NCBI GenBank assembly: GCA_017881245.1
Contig: JADGRC010000193.1
Span: forward strand, 21,747 to 85,746
Length of the DNA stretch: 64,000 nt
Origin: Pseudomonadota bacterium
Lineage (GTDB): Bacteria > Myxococcota_A > Polyangia > Fen-1088
Direction: 5' to 3'
Every line of letters begins with the position of its first letter. Within the stretch, counting starts at the first letter, position 1. The notes under the pieces were generated by a model, which had not been told where the DNA came from, did not search any database, and worked only from the letters and a program-made list of their open reading frames with translations. This document shows positions 54,271 to 61,558 of this stretch, one piece after another. The position numbers were made by a program, and so were the translations under genes.

Positions 54271-56715
54271 CTAGGACGACTGGTCCCGGCGATCCCGCTG
54301 CCTTCCGCGCCGCCGCATCACGCCCAACGCCACCGCGCCCAACGACAACAATGCGAGCCAAAGGCCCGTCTTGCGTAGTCCCTGCGAGGCTGGCCCGACG
54401 GAACAGAATCCATGCGTATTGGAGGCTGGTTTGGGATTGGACATCGGCATGGCGGTCGAAGTCGTTTGTGGCTCTGGCTCGTCGTCCAGCTCCATCAGGT
54501 ATTCGACCAATTGTCCAAGCTCCGCTTGGCTCAAGGTGCTGGTGACCCCCATTTGGTCTTTGCTGTTGTACGTCGTGAAGAGCTCCGTCAGGGTCGCGGC
54601 CCGGCCGTCGTGATAGTAGGGGGCGCTCTGCCAGATGCCCTTCAGCGATGGGGTGTCGATTCCGGTCAGCTTTCCGAACAGGCGCGAGCCGGAGGCGGGC
54701 AAGATGGATTGAATGTCATGCACGACGCCCAAGGCGCTGTCGGTGAAATCAGGTCCCGAATGGCAAGGAATGCAGCCAGCGCGCTCGAATATCTTCTTTC
54801 CCTCCAGGGCGGCCGCCGTGAAGGTGCCATCGGGGTTGCGATACGGGCTGCGGGGCACCTTGTCCAAGGACGTGATGTACGCGGCTAGCGCGTCCAATTC
54901 CACGCTGACACCGGCCGACGCCTTCATGAACGGATCGTAACGGCGCTCCGTCGTCGGGGCGCTGCCGGTGGTGGGCGCAGCACCACCGTTCGGGTAGACG
55001 ACGGGGACCGTCACGCAGCGGGAATCGAATTCGGCGTCCGACATGAATCCAGAACCACCGAAGTCGTGGCGGATGTCGCGTTCGAAATCCTGAATCTCGT
55101 CGAAATTGGCGCTCCAGTGAACGCGCCCTTCAGCTATTCCCCGAACGCCCAGGAGCGATTTCGTGTTGCGTAGGCCTTCGCCGCGGTCGGTAAAATCCCA
55201 CACACGCCCGTCGCTGAATCCGCCGAAATGGCACGATACGCAGCTCATGTAGCCCGCGTGCCCCATGCGGGTGTCGGCGGCATTGAAGAAAATTTTCTTG
55301 CCCATCAGCAGCTGGGGGGACAGTGGCTCGACGTCGACGGTCGGGATTCGGGTCGTCGGTGCGGGGGCCGTGTGATCCGCCGAGGACAGCGACGATGTCA
55401 CGTCGTAGACGATCACCTCCCGTGACAGGAAGGCGTTGACGAACAACTTTCCGTCGGGCGTCATCACCAGACCGTCCGGCGCGTTCCCAACGTCCCTGAT
55501 GCCGCTGACCTCCTGGGCTGCGTAGGCGTCCATGATCCCGATCCAATTGCTCGGCTGAATCAGAACGAACGCGTAGTCGCCATGTGGCGCGAACGCCACC
55601 GACACGGGCGTGGATCGATTGTCGACGTCCTGCCGTTTTTCGATCATCTCTTTTTCGGTCTTGAGGTCGATCGCGCAAACGACCGGACGAACGAAGTTGT
55701 CCGCTGTCAAGGACTGTCCGTCGCGTTGAATCCCGCGCGCGGTGTCGTCCTTTTTTGCCGTCACCCAGGCCTGGGTTCCGTCGGGGGAAATCAGGAAAGA
55801 CGACACGTAATTCGGAACGCCGCGCCCCGATGACTGGGTGTCGGGTCCCTTGTCGAACGCCAACTGGATCGTGTTTTTCAACGTGAAGGTGTCGGGCGAC
55901 ACCACCCAGACCTCTCCATGGTCGACCGGTGAAATGAACCGGGTGACGAAAATACGCCCGTCCTCCGCGACCGACACGCCGGCGGGGGTTGGCCCCAACA
56001 TCAAGTTGCGCTTGATTTGGCGGGACGCGGGATCGATCTCGACCAGCTTGCCAGTCGCGTACAGTGACACGTAAGCCATGCCGCTCGGACCAAACACGAC
56101 GGAGCGCGGCTGCGACGCGTAGGGCAGGGCGATACGCGTCTTGATAGCGCCCGAATCGCCGTCCAGGACGACGATTTCATCGGACATTCGGTTGGCGACC
56201 CAGATCGTTCCGTCGGGAGCCTGGGCCAGGAAATGCGGATCCTTGCCGACCTGAATCTCGGCCTTCCGTTTCAACTGAACGGTGTCGATGATGCTGACGC
56301 TGTTGCTGTCGGGGTTGACGTTCCACACCTGATGGCGCGCGGCATCCAAAATGATGCTGGACGAATTGCTGGGCGGCTTGGCGGTTGCCGGGGTGTACAC
56401 GGTCTGAATCGCCGTGTCGCTGGTGTTGGCCGCGTCGTCGCTGGCCGACACGATCACCGTGTAATGACCAACGGCCGTGTAGCTGTGCGCGGACTGCATG
56501 TCGGGTGCGAACGGCGCGCTGCTTCCATCGCCGAAGTTCCAGCGGAAAGTCACGGCGCCGACCGCATCGGTGACGCTGGCTACCCGGAAGGTTTGGGCTT
56601 GTCCAACCACCACCGGGTCAGTCGGTCCCAGGGTGATTGTGAGAGCTGCGGCCGAGCGTGAACCGAGCAGAGCAGCCAGCGCGGTCCCCACCGCGAGGAT
56701 GGGGAACCTCTTCAT
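54271..56715 (-). CDS. Surface protein: PKD domain, YVTN-type beta-propeller, di-haem cytochrome c peroxidase (CCP/MauG family), and a MYXO-CTERM-like tail
   Basis: Signal peptide. PKD (FRWNFGDGS...HSYTAVGHYTVIVSASD). Propeller repeats (VWVANRMSDEIVVLD, AYVSLYATGKLVEID). CVSCHFGGFSDGRVWDF and CIPCHSGPDFTDS. Tail GFCSVGPAS...LWLALLSLGAVALGVMRRRGR. Confidence 0.85.
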   Translation of the reverse strand: MKRFPILAVGTALAALLGSRSAAALTITLGPTDPVVVGQAQTFRVASVTDAVGAVTFRWNFGDGSSAPFAPDMQSAHSYTAVGHYTVIVSASDDAANTSDTAIQTVYTPATAKPPSNSSSIILDAARHQVWNVNPDSNSVSIIDTVQLKRKAEIQVGKDPHFLAQAPDGTIWVANRMSDEIVVLDGDSGAIKTRIALPYASQPRSVVFGPSGMAYVSLYATGKLVEIDPASRQIKRNLMLGPTPAGVSVAEDGRIFVTRFISPVDHGEVWVVSPDTFTLKNTIQLAFDKGPDTQSSGRGVPNYVSSFLISPDGTQAWVTAKKDDTARGIQRDGQSLTADNFVRPVVCAIDLKTEKEMIEKRQDVDNRSTPVSVAFAPHGDYAFVLIQPSNWIGIMDAYAAQEVSGIRDVGNAPDGLVMTPDGKLFVNAFLSREVIVYDVTSSLSSADHTAPAPTTRIPTVDVEPLSPQLLMGKKIFFNAADTRMGHAGYMSCVSCHFGGFSDGRVWDFTDRGEGLRNTKSLLGVRGIAEGRVHWSANFDEIQDFERDIRHDFGGSGFMSDAEFDSRCVTVPVVYPNGGAAPTTGSAPTTERRYDPFMKASAGVSVELDALAAYITSLDKVPRSPYRNPDGTFTAAALEGKKIFERAGCIPCHSGPDFTDSALGVVHDIQSILPASGSRLFGKLTGIDTPSLKGIWQSAPYYHDGRAATLTELFTTYNSKDQMGVTSTLSQAELGQLVEYLMELDDEPEPQTTSTAMPMSNPKPASNTHGFCSVGPASQGLRKTGLWLALLSLGAVALGVMRRRGRQRDRRDQSS

Positions 56716-58703
56716 TGCGTGACCGACTTGCTACGCCGCGTGCGAGTTCTACGCGCGCCCAACGCAAGCGCGACGGCGATGAGCGACAGCACGCCCGTCG
56801 AGCCAGTACCTCCGGGTACGTTGCAGGCGCAACCAGCGCTTCCACCGGCGGCCATGGGGGCCGAGCCCCCGTTGCTGGAAACGGAGGCGCCACCCGTGCC
56901 TGTCACCGGACTGGAACCGCCGGAGGCGGAGGCGACGCCTCCGCTCGTACCACCCGTGCTGATGACGGCGGCGCCGCCGGTGCTGCTTCCAACCGTTCCA
57001 CCGGTCGCCGCGCTGCCGCCAGATGCGGTGCCACCTGTCGAACCCATCATGCCCCCGGTCGGGGTACCCCCACCCGAGCCGGTCGCGGACACTCCACCCG
57101 CGCCCCGACCGCCCGCGCCGACGCCAGCTCCGCCCGAGCCGACGACGGTGTTACCGCCGGCCCCCCCACCCGCGGTGACGGTCGCGCCGGTGGAAAAACG
57201 CGCCATGGCCGCCGTCGTGATGGTGTTGCCCACGAGATCCTTCAAACCACCGGCCGGAATCACGACCTCGTAGGTCGCGTTCGCTTCCAGGGCTGCCTTG
57301 GGGCCGAACGAGATTGCGTTGAAGGATGACTTGCTGAAAGAGCCGTCCAATGCCGTTCCGCCCATCTTACGGACAAAGATGTTCGTGCTGTTGACGGTCC
57401 CGAGATCGATGTCCTCCGAGAAGAAGACGGTAACCCGGCTGGTGGTCGGCTGTTTCGTGTCGCCGTCGTTCGGAAACACCTTGACGACCTCGGGGGCCGT
57501 CGTGTCGGGCGCCATCGTGTGCGGGATCAGCGCGGCGCCGGTTCCGTGATCGTTACCAAGGTAGACCAGGTTTCCGATGATGGTCGCGAAATCGAAGTCG
57601 CCGCCCACGCCCTGGGGATCCGTCCCGTGGCCCACCTGCGTGATGGCCGCCATGTTGTGGAGATCCCATTTCTTATAGCCCTCGCTCGACTGTCCACAGA
57701 TCGCGAACTGGCTTTGATACGTGCAGTAGCCTCCGCGATCACTGCCGGACTTCGTCTGAGCCATCATGGTGACCGCGGTTGGACTCCACTTCATGAATGC
57801 GTAGTCACCATTGGTGCCCGGGCCGTAAATCATGTCGCCGATGACGACCGATGAATACAGGCTGACGGAGGTTTTGCCGGTGGCCAACAAGAAGGGTTTG
57901 GCCGGATTTCCAACGTCCAGAACGGATATGCTCGAGGTGGCCTGGTCCATTTGGGCCACGACCAGGTAGTTGCCGGCGCCGTAGGTCGGTCCGATACGAA
58001 AATTGCCGAGTGATCCGGTGGCTACCTTCGTGACCAACGTCGCGTGCGCGGGATCGGTCGCATCGACGATGTAGACACCGTTGCCCGTCCCGCCCGCGTA
58101 AAGGTAAGGATAGACCCAGGACAACATCCAGGCGGCGTTGTCGTAGTCACCACCGTTTACTCCGGCCAGCGTCAGCGTGCCCACCGCCATGGGATTCATC
58201 GGGTCCGTGAAATCCCAGAACATGACCCCGGTCTGGGTGGGGAATGCGACGTAATCCTTGCCGTTGACCATCGCGACGGGGATCGCGTGCAATTCACGGC
58301 CGCTGGCCAATTCAGGCCCCGTTGTCATCGACTTCAACAACTTCGGATTCCGCGGATCCTTTACGTCGAAGATATTGAAAGAAAGCGGTGGCTTTCCACT
58401 GTCGTTGGAACCCGGGACGAGCAGCACGTCCCGCAGCATGAGAACCGTGTTGCTGCCCGGAGGGCCGGCAGGAAATTTCCCGGTGCCGGTGGCTCCGAAA
58501 TTGGCGATCGGCTTTTCCAATTCCGCCGCCGTGTACGTGAGGTTCCCTAGGCCCGTGGCCCCGGCGAGCGATGGGACGAGGACGAGGAGCAAGCCCATCA
58601 TCGCGCGAGCGACACCCATGTGACGTCTTATGGGGATCCCCGCGAAACAGCGTTTCCGTGCTTGCCCTGTCCCCCGGCCGTTACTCGACTCTATCGCGTT
58701 CAT
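56712..58703 (-). CDS. LVIVD-repeat beta-propeller surface protein with an SbsA/Big_5-like Ig domain, a Gly-rich stalk and a MYXO-CTERM-like tail
   Basis: LVIVD-type repeats (NGVYIVDATDPAHATLV; ISVLDVGNPAKPFLL). APEVVKVFPNDGDTKQPTTSRVTVFFSEDIDLGTV. Tail GGSAGCACNVPGG...LSLIAVALALGARRTRTRR. ATGA overlap with the downstream gene. The likely true start is the ATG at 58619 (MGVARAMMGLLLVLVPSLAGA). Confidence 0.8.
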   Translation of the reverse strand: MNAIESSNGRGTGQARKRCFAGIPIRRHMGVARAMMGLLLVLVPSLAGATGLGNLTYTAAELEKPIANFGATGTGKFPAGPPGSNTVLMLRDVLLVPGSNDSGKPPLSFNIFDVKDPRNPKLLKSMTTGPELASGRELHAIPVAMVNGKDYVAFPTQTGVMFWDFTDPMNPMAVGTLTLAGVNGGDYDNAAWMLSWVYPYLYAGGTGNGVYIVDATDPAHATLVTKVATGSLGNFRIGPTYGAGNYLVVAQMDQATSSISVLDVGNPAKPFLLATGKTSVSLYSSVVIGDMIYGPGTNGDYAFMKWSPTAVTMMAQTKSGSDRGGYCTYQSQFAICGQSSEGYKKWDLHNMAAITQVGHGTDPQGVGGDFDFATIIGNLVYLGNDHGTGAALIPHTMAPDTTAPEVVKVFPNDGDTKQPTTSRVTVFFSEDIDLGTVNSTNIFVRKMGGTALDGSFSKSSFNAISFGPKAALEANATYEVVIPAGGLKDLVGNTITTAAMARFSTGATVTAGGGAGGNTVVGSGGAGVGAGGRGAGGVSATGSGGGTPTGGMMGSTGGTASGGSAATGGTVGSSTGGAAVISTGGTSGGVASASGGSSPVTGTGGASVSSNGGSAPMAAGGSAGCACNVPGGTGSTGVLSLIAVALALGARRTRTRRSKSVTQ

Positions 58704-58769
58704 GGGATGCCTCGTTTTTTTTGGTTTCAGGATCGCGGGATTCGGCTGTGTTGTTGAGCGAAAGTGCGC

Positions 58770-60134
58770 TTACTGGACGATGAAGACATTGGTGATCTGG
58801 CGGGCCAGGGTTTGATTGCCCCACCGCCAGACCGGCGTACTGTCTGGGGCGAATTCGACGATGTGCGGCGTGGAGGCCGCGGGCGCTGAAAGGTGACCCA
58901 GCCAGTTCGCCACGACGTAGTTGCCATTTTGCAACCGCACGAACCCGGAGAAGAAGTCGAGGCCGATGGATGCCAACTTGGGCATCGTCTTGCCGCCCAC
59001 CGTGCTGATAATACTCTTGTCAGCCCCCAGTTCCACGACGGTTGATGGATCGCCCGTGGTCGCGTAGGCCCCGCCAGCGTCGCGCCACCAAACGGCATAC
59101 CCCTTGGTTCCGGCACCCATGTCGGCCATCCAGACCACGGCGCCGGTATCGGTGACCTCGTAGACGATCTGTGTCTTCGAAAACCAGTAGTGCCCGGTCA
59201 CCGGATTGCGGTTGATCGCCCGTAGATTGTCACCCACGGGGATGGCGAAACGCCGGATCTCGGTTCCGGTCGAATTCACGATGAGGATAGTGTTGTCGTT
59301 CCCCAGGGCCGTTGTGCCGTCAGGCAACCGGCACGCGCCGCTGATGCTGGACTTGTTCGAAACCTTGACCAGGGATGTCCCGTCCGTGACGTCAAATTCG
59401 CCAAATCCCTTTTCAAGACTGACCAAGATCGCCTTGCCGGTCTTGGCCATCGGGTTGTCGACGATTTCGATTGTCCTCGGAGAATTGGCGCCCGTGTCGC
59501 CGACCGCCTTCGTCCAGTTCTTGCTGGGGTCGAATTCGTTGACGTAGGTGATCTGGTTCCGTGCGTTGTCGTTGGCGAAGAATTCGTGGCAGGTGGTATT
59601 GGGAGGTGTCGGCTTGCAGGCAGGCTGGGCGCCTCCCCCCATTCCGGTCGCCCCTCCCATGGGTGCGCCACCCGAACCGACGCGGCCGCCGGACGCTGGT
59701 CCCACGGTCCCGCCTGTGCTGCCGATTCTTCCTCCGTTCGCGCCCCCGGTACCCCCGCCCACCATGCCGCCCGTGGCAGGGGCACCGCCACCCGTTCCGG
59801 GCGTACCGGTGTTTCCGCCCGACCCAGGCCCCTCGGCGCCACCGCTCCCGATCACAACTGTGTTGCCGCCCGATCCGGAACCAACAAGTCCACCAGATCC
59901 GGGACCTACCGTCCCGCCCGTGGAAGTGGAGCCTCCGCCGGTACCAATCCCTGGCGCGGACGAGCCGCCAGATCCGAACTGGCTTCCCGCACTGCTACAG
60001 GAGGAACCAAGCACGATCAGAGTCATCGCACCGAGGGTCCGGAAGAGCGATTGCGGGGGGACGACCGACGGCTTGGATTGGTCGGGAATGCCGCCGCCGC
60101 CGGGGGAGAAACGTGGGGAGATTCTCTCGCTCAT
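58770..60134 (-). CDS. Lipoprotein with a Gly-rich linker and a beta-propeller-like domain paralogous to the 53290-54255 product
   Basis: Lipobox LGSSC. About 130 aa of G/S/T linker. The C-terminal domain aligns by eye with the 53290 product over its whole length. Confidence 0.7.
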   Translation of the reverse strand: MSERISPRFSPGGGGIPDQSKPSVVPPQSLFRTLGAMTLIVLGSSCSSAGSQFGSGGSSAPGIGTGGGSTSTGGTVGPGSGGLVGSGSGGNTVVIGSGGAEGPGSGGNTGTPGTGGGAPATGGMVGGGTGGANGGRIGSTGGTVGPASGGRVGSGGAPMGGATGMGGGAQPACKPTPPNTTCHEFFANDNARNQITYVNEFDPSKNWTKAVGDTGANSPRTIEIVDNPMAKTGKAILVSLEKGFGEFDVTDGTSLVKVSNKSSISGACRLPDGTTALGNDNTILIVNSTGTEIRRFAIPVGDNLRAINRNPVTGHYWFSKTQIVYEVTDTGAVVWMADMGAGTKGYAVWWRDAGGAYATTGDPSTVVELGADKSIISTVGGKTMPKLASIGLDFFSGFVRLQNGNYVVANWLGHLSAPAASTPHIVEFAPDSTPVWRWGNQTLARQITNVFIVQ

Positions 60135-60603
60135 GACATCCGCCTTTCGGAATTCGATTCAAGGGCCAACCGGAAAATAGATCGTACAACATGTGCCCAG
60201 CGTGCGACTCCATTTATGAAGAATCCTGCCGGGATGCGCCTGACCCCGTGAGCGCATATCCCCGTCAGAGCCCACGACGGGTGATCTCCCCACATTCGCC
60301 AGTAGCCCGAATCAAACACACGAGGTCATCAATTCAGAATTTCTATTCCGAAATCAGGTCTATGTCAATCCGAATCCCGAGGGGAAGCCGAGGGAAATAA
60401 GGGCTGTCGTCGACCCGTCCAGGCGCGTCCCCGGCCAGCAGGCCGACTATTTTGCGATTGGGATCGATTGGGATTTGGAATGGGACGCCGCGCATTGCCC
60501 CCTTGGATCTGGTGTGCTCAAATGCGCCGCCGTCGTCCGCCGGGGATTCACGAATGATCGCCAGGCCCCGACGGATGACGGCTGGTGACGCCACGAGGAC
60601 GGG

Positions 60604-61332
60604 ATGAAACGATTCACAGGCATGTCGACGTTGGTCACTGGGGGGACATCGGGCATCGGCTGGGCTATCGCCGAGGCGTTCGCCGCCGAAGGGGCGGATG
60701 TGCGCGTGACGGGGTTAACACTGGCGGAGGCCGAAAACGCCACCGCGAGGGCGGTCGGCCGATCCATTGAGGCGGCGGCCCTTGACGTCACCGATTCGGC
60801 GGCGGTTGGGAACTACGTGCGGGGCCTGCCGCGTCTGGATGCGTTGGTGAATTGCGCGGGAACCATCCGCCGCCGGGATGAATATGACCTCGCCGTCTTC
60901 GAGCAGGTCGTCGGCGTGAATCTGATCGGCACCATGCGGATGTGCGAGGCGGCGCGCGGTTATCTGGCCAAGACCGGTGGGGCCATCGTGAACCTCGGCT
61001 CGATGTACAGCTTCTTCGGAGCGGCCCATGCGCCGGCTTACGCCGCCTCGAAGGGGGCCGTGGTGCAGTTGACGAAGTCGCTGGCGCGCGAGTACGCGTC
61101 GCAAAACATCCGCGTCAATGCGGTCACGCCTGGCTGGATCAGGACGCGGATCACCGAGCCCGTGTACTCCGATCCCGTGAGGAGCGCGCCCATCGTCGAT
61201 CGCACACCGCTTGGTCGTTGGGGCGAGCCCCAAGACGTCGCCGGCCCGGTGCTATTTCTCTGCTCGTCGGCCGCGGCCTTCGTCACCGGTGTCGCGTTGC
61301 CGGTCGACGGCGGCTATCTCCTGACCGGCTGA
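60604..61332 (+). CDS. Short-chain dehydrogenase/reductase (FabG-like)
   Basis: LVTGGTSGIGWAIA (TGxxxGxG), NCAG, and YAASKGAVVQLTKSLA (YxxxK). Confidence 0.9.
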   Translation: MKRFTGMSTLVTGGTSGIGWAIAEAFAAEGADVRVTGLTLAEAENATARAVGRSIEAAALDVTDSAAVGNYVRGLPRLDALVNCAGTIRRRDEYDLAVFEQVVGVNLIGTMRMCEAARGYLAKTGGAIVNLGSMYSFFGAAHAPAYAASKGAVVQLTKSLAREYASQNIRVNAVTPGWIRTRITEPVYSDPVRSAPIVDRTPLGRWGEPQDVAGPVLFLCSSAAAFVTGVALPVDGGYLLTG

Positions 61333-61430
61333 CTGACCGGTTGACGCAATGACGACCGTCATCGCCTGACGGGTCGACGCAGTGACGGCCGGCGAGAAGA
61401 AGGTCCACCGTCGCACCCTAACCGCGTGTG

Positions 61431-61490
61431 CGAACATATATTCCACTTGACCACCGGGATGGAACATATGTTCTAATGCGAAACATATGG
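61431..61490 (+). promoter_or_regulatory. Tandem GAAC-N4-GTTC-type palindromic operator candidates overlapping a promoter-like TTGACC element
   Basis: CGAACATATATTCC (61431-44), TTGACC (61447-52), the perfect 12-bp palindrome GAACATATGTTC (61462-73), and a third half-site GAAACATATGG (61480-90). Confidence 0.4.
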
Positions 61491-61558
61491 CGTCGCTCGT
61501 TCCGCTGGGATGCTTCCTGCAACGCGTGTTTGCGTTCACGAAGGGGCGACGCGAGCGC

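Noticed and set aside
60191-60400. 69-aa ORF starting MCPACDSIYEESCRDAPDP, superficially rubredoxin or zinc-ribbon-like.
   Set aside because: There is only one CxxC and no second Cys pair in any frame downstream. The remainder is low-complexity Ser/Arg/Pro, and the ORF overlaps the RidA-like remnant region.
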